A DNA stretch of 64,000 nucleotides from Gekko japonicus. Its lineage: Eukaryota. This document shows, one piece after another, positions 25,431-38,001 of the stretch. The notes below the pieces were generated by a model that saw only the letters and a list, made by a program, of their open reading frames with translations, was not told where the DNA came from and did no database searches. The position numbers and the translations under genes are program-made. Where the stretch lies: the NCBI RefSeq assembly GCF_001447785.1, contig NW_015165838.1, forward strand, positions 713,643 to 777,642, read 5' to 3'. Numbering within the stretch: position 1 is the first letter of the stretch; each line of letters begins with the position of its first letter.

Positions 25431-26109
25431 TACCCACCCCACAAGACTTTTTGTCCAAGCAGGCGGGTCCCAACAGCACAGCCTTTTGGGTGGGCTATAG
25501 TGGGGCATTGTGGGGTTAGGCCTCCTGACACTGGACTTCCCATCCAGCCCAGGGCCCCCAAGTGGTGGCAGATGCGGGGGAAAGAGACAGGTATTCCTTT
25601 AATTCAATTAGCCAGTGCCCCCCTAAGAAATTTAAAAGCCACCCGACTTAAAAAATCCTGGCTATGGGCGTGGCTCCCTTCTTCCTTTTTCATGAGTTCA
25701 AAAGCTGGTTGCTTCCCCAAATGCGAAGGCAGAAGTGAAAGACAGAAATGGGTAAGTGATGGCAGATCATTTGAGGTAGAACTCAGGAGGGTCTGCCCAC
25801 CTGCCCACACTCCTTTGTCTAACAGTGTGATCTAATACAGTTGCACCAGTTTAAACCCACTGATTTCATTGCCTTTGTAAAGGTCCTTTTCAGGAAAACC
25901 AGTTGTTGTCAAGATCTTTTCCAGGCTGAAGCAGGAGCTCAGCTGTCACCTACCAAGTCCCTACTTCAAATGTTAGCCAGGCCCATAACTACAGTGGGGC
26001 TTTTGGGGGTTCTGCCCCCTTTCTTAAAAGCACAGCCCCACAAGAATTTCTCCTGTAAATGCTTTTTTCCAATCATTTTAAAACATTTTTTAAAGGTATG
26101 CACTCCTTT

Positions 26110-26195
26110 AAGCAGAGTAGGGTGCTTCAGTTGACTAATTCCTGCACTGAGCAAGGGGGTTGGAGTAGGTGACCTCTAGGATCCCTTCTAACTCG
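26110..26195 (+). mobile_element. CR1 3' end fragment
   Basis: CCTGCACTGAGCAAGGGGGTTGGAGTAGGTGACCTCTAGGATCCCTTCTAACTC. Confidence 0.7.
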
Positions 26196-26544
26196 GTGTC
26201 AAGAAACCAGTCTTCTTTAAGAGAGTTTTTCTGCCTAAGTGATAGTTTTCTTGACTATAGAAGTCATCACCCCCACCTGCCAGCTTGTTAGCAGAATTGC
26301 TGCTTAGGCTGGCAGAAGTGATTAACTTGCAGCAGCTGAGAACTGTCATCTAAAGTGGTTGACAGGTTGCAATGTAGAGATTTATCCTGGTAATAACAGT
26401 GTTCTATTGGCTAAATGGCTTTTCTTTCTGCACTGAGAACTTCAGCCTCACCAGAAAAAAAAATTGCCCCACAAGCCACAAAATCCTGGCCTGATCTTAG
26501 TTCAGTTGTTAACTTGTAGGTTGCAGAGGCAACTCATAACTTCA

Positions 26545-27230
26545 TCCTTATATAGTTTGGGACCAACTTACCTGGAAGACTGCCTACTGCCTTAGGTACT
26601 ACACGATCCGTACAGTCATCTTCTGAAACTCTGCTTCAGGTGTTCCCCCAGCTTCTGAGCTTAGGTAGGTGAAAACTCAGGAGAGGGCCTTCTCAATCGT
26701 GGCACCAAAACTTCAGAATTCTCCCTCAGGGAGACTTGTCTGCCTAGGCTTACTAACCTCCAGGTGGGGCCTGGAGAGTTCCCTTTATTACAATTGATCT
26801 CCAGATGACATATCAGTTCCCCTGGAGATAATGGCAGACTCTATGGCATTGTATCCTGCTGAGATCTTTTCTCTCCCCAAACCCCACCCTTCCCAGGCTC
26901 CACCCACAAAATTTCCAGATGGCAGCCCTATGTCTGCAGCACTCTTCTATTGCCATTTTCTGCCAGCAGATTAAGACTTTTTTTGATTTTGAAGACTTTG
27001 GCTTGGCATTCCCTCAGTGATCCCTTCTCTCTGCCCAATGTTTTAGTTGTTTTTTAACTTTTTGTATGTATTTTAGCTCTGGTCTTGTTTTAATGGAGTG
27101 TTTTTGTTGCTGGTTTTAATGGTTTATAAGATGTGATTATATTATGCACATTTTAATTTGTTAGCCACCTCAGTGGCTCTTGTGGGAGCAGAAAGGCGGG
27201 GTGTCAATTTTGTAAAATAAAGTAAATAAT
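26545..27230 (+). mobile_element. L2 3' end interrupted by a MITE
   Basis: GLGPTYLEDCL-like and RAFSIVAPKL motifs, T-rich 3'UTR, (TAAA)n tail. Confidence 0.7.
26745..26930. mobile_element. hAT-like MITE nested in L2
   Basis: Ends TAGG...CCCTA, TSD TGTCTGCC/TGTCTGCA (7 of 8), same family as 10610-11135. Confidence 0.75.
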
Positions 27231-27369
27231 AAATCCTTATTTTTCTGTGAGACATATGGAGATAATTACTGACTGGCCTGACAGAGGTGTTATAAGGATT
27301 ACTGAAACAACACAAGTATGTGAACACTTCAAAAATCACTATATACATGCTAAGGATTGAAACAAAATT

Positions 27370-27492
27370 TAGAACAAAGTTTGAGTTCAGTGGCCCCTTT
27401 AAGAGCAACAAAGTTTTATTCAAGGTATAAGCTTCCATGTGCATGCATACTTCTTCTCCTTCAGACCAACACAGCTATCCATGTGAATCTAC
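27370..27492. mobile_element. Penelope-like terminal repeat fragment
   Basis: AGAACAAAGTTTGAGTTCAGTGG...CTTCTTC joined to inverted TTCAGACCAACAC...GAATCTA; related sequence at 29640-29792. Confidence 0.55.
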
Positions 27493-28429
27493 ATCAAATT
27501 TAGATACTGCAGGTTATTATTGCTTAAATATTTGTTTGTGTCCTTTCCCTTTTTTTGTCCCTTGAGTTTTGGTATTATCAACAACAGAGTAATTAATTCC
27601 TCAGAGTCCACTAGTAGCATTTCCCAAACAAAATGTGTAATGTTTACCAAGTATTCTGCTGAATCAGATAATATTAAAGTTATTATTCTGGTTGCTGGTA
27701 ACCTGTTCTGATATTTTAAGATTTATATATGTATGACTGAATAGTGAAAGGAATTAAACTAGGGTTAAGGTATAAGGGTAAAATAATCTTATGCAGAGCA
27801 AAGCACATTCAAGGCTCTTTTCTTGGGCGTACACAATAGGAGAACAAATGCACAAGATTAGACTGCTTGTCCATTAAAACTAATAGGCTAAGACTGAAGT
27901 AATTCTGCATAGGACTGCACAGTTCTCCACTGCAATATGAGATAGTAAAGAGTACCAGGCCTCTATTTCCAGTCCAATAACAATTTTATATTGGTTTTAA
28001 TTTGACAATCGGATCCTATTGTTATATAATGCTCCACTTGCATGAGTAGTGTCTTGCTTGGCTTTCAAGCCAAGAAAGAAAAGGCATGTCTAAAGACAGA
28101 CAGCACAGCTTGTTAGATCCCCAGAGAACAATTTGTGTGGCCCACCCCGAAAGCCAATATCCCAATTTCCCACCAACTGCTGACTAGAACCCATAGAGAT
28201 CCCCAGCTATCAGAACACCATCTCCTTCCATTAGCTCCCACTGACAATCAACCATTCATCCTGGATTGATGAGAAAGGCTGGCCAGCAGGCTGTAATGCC
28301 ATGTTCTTTTGACCAAGTGGCATACGGCACAGATTGATCCCTGTATGCCCAGTATTCTGTCCCTACTGGCCCTGCATTAGGAGCTGACCCCATCCTTTAC
28401 ATTCAAACACAAATTATTTATTTTGTGCA

Positions 28430-28655
28430 TTTCAATGCCAGCTTTCCTCCAAGAAGCTGAGAATAATGGAGAAGGAAAACAATGTACATTGTTCTCCTCC
28501 ATATTTTTTCACGACAGCCTTGTGAGATAGGTTAAGATGAAGGAGAGTGAGTGGTCCAAGGTCACACTGTGAGCTTCATGGCAGAATGAGGATTTGAACC
28601 TGGGTCTCCCAGAGTTTAGTCTGACATTCTTAAACATTATACCACATTAGCTCTT
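28430..28655 (-). mobile_element. Older MIR/Squam3-like SINE
   Basis: CCAAGGTCACAC...GGATTTGAACCTGGGTCTCCCAGA core and B box. Confidence 0.7.
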
Positions 28656-28676
28656 TATTACCAATAGATATATTTA

Positions 28677-29029
28677 AAGGTAAAGGTAAAGGTTCCCTTG
28701 CTCGAAAGCCAGTCGAATCCAACTCTAGGGTTGCGGTGCTCATCTCCGTTTCAAAGCCAAAGAGCCAGCACTGTCCGAAGATGTTTCCGTGGTCATGTGG
28801 CCAGCATGACTAAACACCAAGGCGCACGGAACGCTGTTACCTTCCCACCGAAGTGGTACCTATTTATCTACTTGCAATTTCTTGCTTTCGAACTGCTAGG
28901 TTGGCAGGAGCTGGAACTAGAGACAGGAGCTCACGCCGTCTTGCGGCTCCCGCATCTTGAACTGCTGAACTACTGACCTTCCACAGCCTGCAGTTCAGCG
29001 TCTTAACCACTTGAGCCACCGCAGCTCCT
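28677..29029 (-). mobile_element. Sauria SINE, full length
   Basis: (AAAGGT)n tail, body matches the 25085 copy, 14-bp TSD AATAGATATATTTA (28663-28676 and 29030-29043). Confidence 0.93.
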
Positions 29030-29639
29030 AATAGATATATTTACTGCTAGCTTAACTAGCTAAGAGTGGTAGCAGTGTGCTGTCTCCTTGCTTTTAGTAG
29101 GACTGAGCTGACCAGCTGATACACAGGGTAATATGGTAGCTGGCACTCCCAACAGCTACAGGAGCAAGAGAAACAAGCTGCTAAAGTTACTTCTGGTCCC
29201 AATAATGGCTTAAAAGGGATATAGTTGCATCTCCCCCAGCCGCTTAACATTAGACAGGTGTAATTTTAAATTTCGAATATCTCTTGGCTTCATTTACAAA
29301 CCTATGCTGTAATATATTGCTAAAGCTGACCACAGAAGACACACAGTGGTAACATTTTCATTTTTAAAAAATGAACTGTTTTCACATTTTTCATATATAT
29401 GTTCAATTGAGTTTATTCCCAAGTAAGTGTACATAACACAATAAAAAATTAGAATGCTGGAGACCCAGGTTCAAATCTCCACTTTGCCATGTAAGTAAAA
29501 TGCTCATGGCATATTTGTATAATGTGATTAGACAACTGCATAGGTCATAGGTCTGTCATAGCCAGGATTTGCATAGAGAAGATTGCAGGCGTCATCAATA
29601 TAATTTTCAGTTTTTAAACAAGGAAGAGCAAGGCTTGGA

Positions 29640-29792
29640 AGGACTGAGATCTTGGAGCGTCTCACTGCCAACCAGAATATACAGTAACAGGTTATTCAAG
29701 TACCAGCTCTCCTGTGCAAGCACACTTCTTCAGACACAATGCAAACCGTTCTGCTGCTTCAGACCAACACGTCCGCTACCGACCTGAATCTA
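29640..29792. mobile_element. Penelope-like fragment
   Basis: Similar to 27370-27492. Confidence 0.45.
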
Positions 29793-30279
29793 GCAAAACA
29801 ATGAGTTTGCTTTATCCCTAAATTACAGCTATTGCAAATCTACCTTTGTTACTTGTTGACTATAGTTGAATTTTACACCATCACGTCTCAGTTTGCACTT
29901 CGTGGCTCTTTAATAGTGCTGTTTACAACGTTTTTTCTTTCTAACCTCATTGTTTTTAAATTTCCACAATACCCCGGCTTATTCTTCCTTCATACACTTA
30001 ATTTTTTTTTGCCGTTCGCAAATTTTCTGTTGTTTTTTGCTGTTCTAGAATTATTGCTAGATCTACAGTAACCTTTACAATCCTGCATTATTTATTGAGA
30101 CTTTCGAAACCGCTGCTTAACTATATGGGGCACAGATATGCAACCACAAACCGTCTGTTAGCATGTGCAAAGTGTTTCTACCGTGAACAACCTTCCTTCC
30201 CTCTCAAACTATAAAAGTTTCCGGGACAAAACGCTCGAACTTTTCTCATAAAAATGTATTTCTCCATCCTAGTCCCTGG

Positions 30280-30653
30280 CGGGTATCAGAGGCCGACGGA
30301 TAACGCCGAAGGTCCTCCCAGGCTTTTTACAAACGACCTTACTCCGCCTCCTGAGGCGGGGCGGGGGCGGGAGGTGGGGAGAAGCGAAGGATTCGACAAG
30401 CCTACTTGACTGACGGGGACGCTTCGAGGAAACACCGAGTTCCTATTGGCCTGCTGATTTGGACAGACAAGTTTGGCCTTGGAAAGCAAAAAGCCAGACG
30501 CGAAGAGCGGCCGTCGCCCTGGGAGACGGAGGAGGGAGAAGCCGGAAGCGAGTGTTAAAGGCGGCGGGCGGGGCCGGGTGAGGTTCATTTGGACGGCTGG
30601 CGGTGCTGACGGAAGGGGGGCTGTGTGGCGGCGGGCGGAGGAGACGGACCGTC
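30280..30653 (+). promoter_or_regulatory. RP2 CpG-island promoter and 5'UTR
   Basis: CpG-rich, tandem GC boxes GGCGGGGCGGGGCGGG near 30355, reverse CCAAT (ATTGG) at 30445. Confidence 0.8.
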
Positions 30654-30788
30654 ATGGGCTGCTTCTTCTCGAAAAGAAGAAAACAGGCCAAAGAGCCGCA
30701 GCTCGGTGCCGAGAGCGGGGACCGGAATGGGGCCGGCGACCCGGGAGCCGAGAAGCAGCCGCAGTACAGTTGGGACCAGCGAGCCAAG
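30654..30788 (+). CDS. RP2: RP2 (ARL3 GTPase-activating protein) exon 1
   Basis: MGCFFSKRRK...QYSWDQRAK (45 codons) with the N-terminal Gly2/Cys3 acylation motif; phase-0 donor AAG|gtacac. Confidence 0.96.
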
Positions 30789-31324
30789 GTACACCGCCCA
30801 CCCTTTTCTCTGGAGCCCTGAGCTCTCTTCCCCTTTCCCTCCTGCCTCTGCCTCTCCTCGCCTGGCTTCTTCGCACCCCCTCTTCTGCGGATGGCAGCCG
30901 GCGCTTGTCTTTGAATCTCCAGGTTCGGCCTGCTTCGAGCCTCTGGTGGTCTGGGGAGGAGGCTCCGTGGTCATCTTTCCCCTACTCAGGGAAGCGTCTG
31001 GGTTTAGCGGCGGGGTTAGCTATCCCTCAGCACCCTGCATTCTCAGAAGGAGGGGAGAGAGGAATCAAAAGTGCTTCATTTTCTCCGAGTATTTTCCAGC
31101 TCATGGGCGGGTTCCCCCTCTCCCCCTTTCTGATTTCCACCAGTGACCTGGGGACGCGGAGCCGAGGCTTGGTACAGGTTAGGCACTTAACGTAGTGTAA
31201 ACAACATAGGGGTGTGTGGGGTGTTGAATCGCTTGCTAAATCATTGATGGGTTTACTTTCTGCCCCTTTCAGGGACTTCTGAGCCTAGTGAGATTTCTAC
31301 ATTTGCTTTGCACTCATCTTCTAC

Positions 31325-31348
31325 TCTCTCTCTCTCTCTCTCTCTCTC

Positions 31349-31391
<43 letters not shown>
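31325..31391. repeat. (CT)n microsatellite in RP2 intron 1
   Basis: Seen directly, with one interruption. Confidence 0.97.
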
Positions 31392-31394
<3 letters not shown>

Positions 31395-33659
31395 CAATGT
31401 GTCTTCAGCACTTTCTCCCACTTATCTAAAGGGGGAGGGGAAATCCCCACTGTTTTACCCCTTTCTTCCATCATGTTGAGGAGTCGAGATATTCGTCTGT
31501 TAAAACAATTTTGTGGCACTTTAGGTACTAAGTGTACGGTAGTCTTTGAGATGCCACAGAACTTGCTGTGTTCTCTTCCAACAGGCAAACAGAACTGTCC
31601 CTCTGTGAAAGTTAATCTGTGATGGTGGTGGTAGTTCTAGTAGTTACAGCTATCTGAATGTGAGCTCCCAGACTAGTTGTTCTGAGGATCAAATGGAGGA
31701 AGGGAGAAAAATGTAAGCCACTTTTCAGTCCCCATCAGGAAGAAAGGTGGGATGTAGCTGAAGGAAATATATAAATATACATGTATTTGTGTATCTCTTT
31801 TATCATAAGAGTTCTAAGCTCCCTTGGTGGCTGTTGTAAGGGTGGAGAGGTGGGATACAAATTCTGTAAATAAAATAAATGAGACTATAAACTAGTGCTT
31901 GCCCTTGTGTTTGATGTAAGTCATAACTGTATGTTATTAATTCTTTTTCTCTAGTCATCCCTTGTGTCTAGGGGATGAGGTTGCCGTGCTCGCAGTGGCA
32001 AAGGCTGCTGTCATTCCCGCAGGGATCTTTGTTTGTTGGTAACCAGCACTGCGTTCCCCACAACTCTATGCAAGAAGATTGTCTAAACTTTTTTCTTCTT
32101 GCCCCAGAGGTCTTTTGTTTTAGCCTTCAGGGCATTGAACACTTGAGGAAATGTGTCAGTATGGTACACTTGAATCATGCTAAGATCTTGCGCTCTTTCT
32201 TTGCTGATTTCAACTTAGAGAACTTCCATATAACCTTGGACTCATTTCCTCTTGTGATGATAAACTTCCTTAATAGTAGGAAGATGGTGTATTGATTTAT
32301 TTATGTCACTGAAGCTAGTAGTACTGTGGAGTTTGACTAATTGCATATGATGGGCTATAAGATCTTGCTTGAAAGGAGACACTATTTTGTGAAGAATGAA
32401 TTGCCAAACAGACGAATTAACAAATGCACTCCAGTACCATAAACTATAGGGTGACAGTACCAAGGGAGTGATAGAACTGGGACTAAAGTTGCAGTGTTTA
32501 GGGTTGAACAGAAGGCAGTGTAGAAATGTCCTAGATAAATAATAAATAATAGGCAATCAAAGAACTCATAAAGCTGAGGCTCTGGTTGGATGTTAGTAGA
32601 TGCTTGTTCTGTGACACACTTGGATAATATCATTTATTGTCTTTAGTATCATGTTAAATAGTGGAAATCAAGGCAGTGGAATGCCAGAGGTTTGAATACT
32701 GAAGGACTGCATCCTATGGAGAATCATTAATGGTGCCATATGTGCTGTGAAAATTGGATGGGCTTTGTTGTCAACTTGTGTGCCGTTTTGGAACTTTTCA
32801 ATTTTGGAAGAGTTCTTTGGCTTGCGATAAAGGCTTCAGCTGAAACGAGGAACATCAGGCACCTTTTCCCGTAGTATGTATCGTTGACCAATGGATTTGA
32901 TATAAAAGTGTAATAAATAGTCACATATTTTAATATACTATATTTAATTGATGATAATTGTATAGTTCAGTTTCGTAACTTTGTGTAAGCCTTCATACAC
33001 ATTGGACTTGGAAGGGTGGCTGACTTTATTTGCTTTGATTTTTTTTAATGCAAAAATTCTTAAATGTTTTAAGAACGTTCAAATAAAAATCTACCCATAC
33101 ATGAATGACTTCTTAATTTTTTAAATGAATATATACAGAATGCAGATCTTTTATTGAGTAATACATACCAAATATGTATGATACAGAGCCTGTCGATTCA
33201 GCAAGATAGATGAATTATGTATAAAAGCATATTAATTTGTAATTCAATGAGACAAACAGAATACAAATAAATCACCAGCTCACTAAATTATTATAGTTCA
33301 GGTCATTCATTCTCAGTGACATACAAAATTGAAAAACATGTGTTCTTAGCATTATCTCATCTTAAATTGTACAACAAATCTCCTTTCTACTACGGTTTAC
33401 TAGATAAACAATTATTTATAACAGCGTAGAACCAATGGTCATTTGTAAAATAGATACAACTTTATTAAAAGATATGAAGTTCTGTCTTTGGGGTTCTCAT
33501 TTTTATCTGTTTAGTAATCCTCAGGGGGGGGTGTTAAAAGATAGTGACACACCTTAAACTGCTGCATGGAAGTTAGAATCTAGTTCTGTCTTGTCCAAGA
33601 CTGGATTCACTATGTAGACTCTCAGAAAAAGCTTTATGGACCAAGAATCTTTTAAAAAG

Positions 33660-33808
33660 ATACAGCCTACTTTTCTCCCTCAATGGGACCACAAAGTAAC
33701 CTCACAACAGCAATCTTATGAGGTAGATTAGGCAGACTGACTGGCCTGACAAGGGATTCAGACATGGATCTCCTGAATGCTAGTGGAAGCACTGCACCAC
33801 ATTGGCTC
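33660..33808 (-). mobile_element. Old MIR/Squam3-like SINE
   Basis: CCTCACAACAGCAATCTTATGAGGTAG...CACCACATTGGCTCT. Confidence 0.55.
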
Positions 33809-35789
33809 TTTTTAGGTACTGGAGTCACTAGCTGATTGTTCTCTCCGCACTATCTAAAAAAAAGTTCCCTCTCTTCAGTGTCTGTAATACCTTATATACC
33901 TTAATACCTTAGTATACAGTATGGTAAAGTTCAGCCAGACTGGAAAAACTGTGTGCCCCTCATCTAAAAATTGAAGTATTTGAGCTGGAAATCTGCATAA
34001 TTTTTAAGGCAAAACATTAAAAAAAATTCGTTTTGAATTAACTTTGTTTTATCTACCTCAGTTGTTGTGCAGGCTGTTAGAAGTGTATTTTGAACTCCAG
34101 TGTTTGGTGATAGGATATGCAGGTGCAGTATGATTATTTGGATTTATAATTTGGTTTATAATTGGTTTCCCTTCAAAGAGAAGGGAAAACTAGCCTAATT
34201 CAGTTCTGTAAATTAGGTAGTTGCAAATTATATTCTTTTAGGTTTTGTAGTTAACCTCATCCAGCTTCCCTCATCTAGCATCTAAAGCCTTCAAGTGGAT
34301 TACATCAAGCCATGGGTTTAATGTATTCTAAAACTGATGGCTGGGGTGGGGGAGGATTGGCATTAAGATTAAGGAAACTGCTTGATAAGGGATGGAGTGC
34401 TCAGGAGGACTCATAAATGAGTCCTATGACCTTTTACATCCTAAAATGTATTGTGAGTGACATAAGCTTAAGTAGATGTCCTCTTCTCCATTTTAGGTTT
34501 CTCCATGGAACATGTGTTCCAAGAGTTTTTGAATGAATAAAAAGAACTTTAACAATGTTAGCTGTGCCCACACATTTAAATTACAAATGCAAAGTATAAA
34601 GTGGTGTTTTCTCCTATTTAAAGAAGTGTATATTAAAAAATGGGCATACAGAGATACAGAAGGTGTTCATCAGTTTTGCTAGTGTAGTATTCTGTGAATT
34701 TTATATTTAAGACAGTCATTTTTAATAAGCAGATATTGGTGGTCTTCTGTTTTTGAAATCAGAATCCTATTCATGTATTGCTCTATATTATCTGTGTTCC
34801 TTACAGCTTTGACCTGTGTCTTAATTCCACTATACAGCAATAATGTTCTTTCTTGCAGCATTTTTTGCCTTTTCTGTAGATGAAATGTGCACACTTGACA
34901 ATAACCAGCATATTCATATGTATAATTTCACTTTCTTTGTAGTTCTTAGTTCCCCTTGAATTTAGCTCAATATGGAGAAGTCCATAAATGTTTCATGTTT
35001 CTGTTTCAAAGCTTTTAGAGCATACATACTTTCTACAAGTAAGACAGTAAAGGAATCTACAAAGCTATCAAATTCAGTTCATACAGATTCTGAATATTTT
35101 AAACTGTACATTTAGATTTTAAATTGGAAAAGTGAGTTGTATACACAACAAAGATTCAAGTGGATGATCCTATTGAAACCTGCTCGTACTTGAATTACCT
35201 ATTTCAGTGGGATTTAGTAGCAGAAACTCTCTAGATTACACTAATAAAAATTACAGGTGGGACTTTAACAAGACACAGCCTTCAATATACACACCATGTA
35301 TTAGCTCTCTCCAGATGTTACTGCATCCAGTTAACAGAGCATGGGGGGAGAATACATTAGCTTACAAGAGGCTTTCAGTCACAAGCCATAGGCTAGCAAT
35401 AAGCTGTTTTGGCAGTCAAACCAGGCTATTATGTAGAATTCTGTGGAGAACGCTCAGCTAATTGGACTCAATATTTTTAAAGGGCCACTTAAAATCAAGA
35501 AATACCCATCTGTTTAGGAAAATATACTGAAATTATGCAAGACTAAGTCAGCAAGAACTGGGTTCTTTGCCCCCCATTGTAATGTTTTCAGTGCACAAAG
35601 AATGGTGTAGTGTAAAAATGTTATTATCATTTTTGATGCAAGTTTGGAAGAAAGTTGTTCTTTCTTTCTGGAGGAAATTAGTAAAGCTTATCGTATTAGA
35701 GGAAGTTAAGTGGGATTTCGGTAGTGTTTCAACTGCATTGTTGAAGTTGCCAAATCTAAGAGAAAAGGGAAGCCAAGAAGCTGGCCGTT

Positions 35790-35975
35790 TGGCATAGAAC
35801 CCACATGAAATTGCCCTATACTGAATCAAGGTCAGTGTTGTCCATGCAAACTGGCTGCAGCTCTCCAGGGTCTCAGGTCTTTCACATCACCTACTGCCTG
35901 GTTGTTTTAACTGGAGATGCTGGGGATTGAATCTCGAACCTTCTGCATGCTAACCAGAGGCTCCTCCCCTCACAG
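35790..35975 (-). mobile_element. tRNA-derived SINE
   Basis: GGGGATTGAATCTCGAACCTTCTGCATGC is a reversed tRNA-like B-box/anticodon region. Confidence 0.65.
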
Positions 35976-36795
35976 CTATAGATGACTGTTCTCTTATATT
36001 TCTGTTTCTAGCACATTTGCAAATGTAGCCCTGATCTCTTCCAATTTCATGTTCTGAGACTCTTTAGTATAAATTGTGACAACTTCTAGCCTGTATTATT
36101 GTTAATTAATTCTTGAATTTCAGGTGGTTTTATTATTATTTGAATATTTTGGATTTTGTAAGTAAGTCAAAAAATAAAAATGCCATAGTATTCCATCAAG
36201 AAAATAAAAAGCAAATAGGCAATGTTTACTTGGGAATTCTTAATTTGGTTCTATAAGGATATGTTGGCTAGAACTTACTATGTTTAATCCATTCTACCGT
36301 GCATCCTCTCTCTGTTACCTTAGTCTGTAACAGCATCAGCCTCTAACAAAGAACCCTAGCAGCCTACAGTATCTGTCTTAAAATTTTCTGAGCACAATGT
36401 CACTCCCTAAACAATAATCCTTCCTCCCATCTGTGTTTACAGTTAACTCAGATACTTGATGTACATAATTTGTAAACCTTAAATACAAAAGTATAATTTG
36501 TTCTAGTCTGATAATGTTCTTGTCCATCATTGAACAGGGACTACTGAAAGTCTCCATGTGTTTTTGTTTACACCGTATTTCGTGAAACCATTTATTATAA
36601 TTGGATGTTTTGCTCAAACACTTGTGTAAACTGCCAAGAAGAATCGGTCCAGTTATAAGCATCTTTTATTTTGTATCATCTTTGGAGATGAGCAGAATAG
36701 CCACCTATGCCTGTATAATAGATTTGGATTAGGGTAGAGCATTTAACCAGTCAAGAACAATTTGAGTTTTTGACCCATTGAGAATGAGTTTGTCA

Positions 36796-37033
36796 GCCCT
36801 GACCTGGATAGTCCAGGCAAGATTTCGTCCGATTTCGTCGGATCTTGGAAACTAAGCAGGGCCAATCCTGGCAAGTATTTGGATGGGAGACCTCCAAAGA
36901 ATACCAGGGCTGGGAGGTGGAGGCAAGCTATCAAGCCACTCCTCTGAACATCCTCCATGCACCAGTAGGAGTTGTCAGAGATTGCCATGACTTCCAGGCA
37001 CGGGTGCGTGCGCGCACACACAAATACCAAAAA
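36796..37033 (+). mobile_element. 5S rRNA-derived SINE (SINE3 / 5S-Sauria-like)
   Basis: CCGATTTCGTCGGATCTTGGAAACTAAGCAGGG...AGTATTTGGATGGGAGACC...GAATACCAGG resembles 5S rRNA with boxes A and C; non-5S tail; 15-bp TSD AGAATGAGTTTGTCA (36781-36795 and 37034-37048). Confidence 0.88.
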
Positions 37034-37335
37034 AGAATGAGTTTGTCATGTATTTTTAGTGTTTGCTTAATCAAACAAAGCAGGAAGGAAAGGATGCTGT
37101 AACAGGTTTGATACTTACAGTAATTAATAGGCTGGAAAGTGTGGAGTTGGAATTTCTATTGGATTAGGTTAAAAATATTTTTGTCAATTGTGCAAGGTAA
37201 ACTGTTCACTCCAATGTGCCCATCCCACATGGTCGTGTAACTAGCCTAACTTTGTCTGTTTATAATTAGCCTAATTTTGTCTGTTGGGTCTAAAATATAT
37301 AGGTCCTGCTACATGATATTGTGTCTCTTTTCCAG

Positions 37336-38001
37336 ATCGATCCAAAAGACTATATGTTTTCTGGACTCAAGAATGAAACAGTAGGACGTTTACCTGGGAA
37401 AGTTGCAGGTCAACAGTTTGTTATTCAGGACTGTGAGAATTGCAATATCTACATCTTTGACCACTCAGCTACAATCACTATTGATGACTGTACAGGCTGC
37501 CGGATCTTTTTAGGACCTGTAAAAGGCAGTGTGTTTTTCCGTGACTGCAAGGACTGTAAATGTATAGTGGCTTGCCAACAGTTTCGTACAAGGGACTGCA
37601 GGAAGATGGAGGTGTTTTTGTGCTGTGCCACCCAGCCCATTATTGAATCCTCTACAGGTATGAAGTTTGGGTGTTTCCAGTACTACTATCCAGAGCTGGC
37701 TTTGCAGCTGAAAGATGCTGGTCTGAGCATCTTCAACAACACATGGAGCAATATCCATGACTTCACGCCAGACTTAGGAGAGAACAATTGGGGCCTTCTG
37801 CTGGAGGATGCTCTAGCTCAGGATGCAGTACCACTTCCAACAGCTGAAGAACTGAAGGCTGTGAGAATTTCAACTGATGCCAGCAAGAGCATAATTCCTA
37901 TAACACGGGGGCGACGTCCAAAGTGCAGTGAGGAGTCTTGCCTGGTAGTGTTCTTTGCTGGGGATTATACAACTGCAAATGCAAGGAAATTGATTGATGA
38001 G
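37336..38001 (+). CDS. RP2: RP2 exon 2 (TBCC/CARP beta-helix GAP domain)
   Basis: Acceptor tttccag|ATC, 666 nt open frame [21 protein letters not shown]...CQQFRTRDC (arginine finger)...PIIESS...ARKLIDE, donor GAG|gtaaga. Confidence 0.98.

Noticed and set aside
30473-31195. 240-aa and 173-aa ORFs overlapping RP2 exon 1
   Set aside because: Out-of-frame ORFs in a CpG island with non-ATG starts, running through the splice donor.
36830-36915. Functional 5S rRNA gene
   Set aside because: Many substitutions, no T-run terminator, fused to a tail and bounded by a TSD, so it is a SINE.
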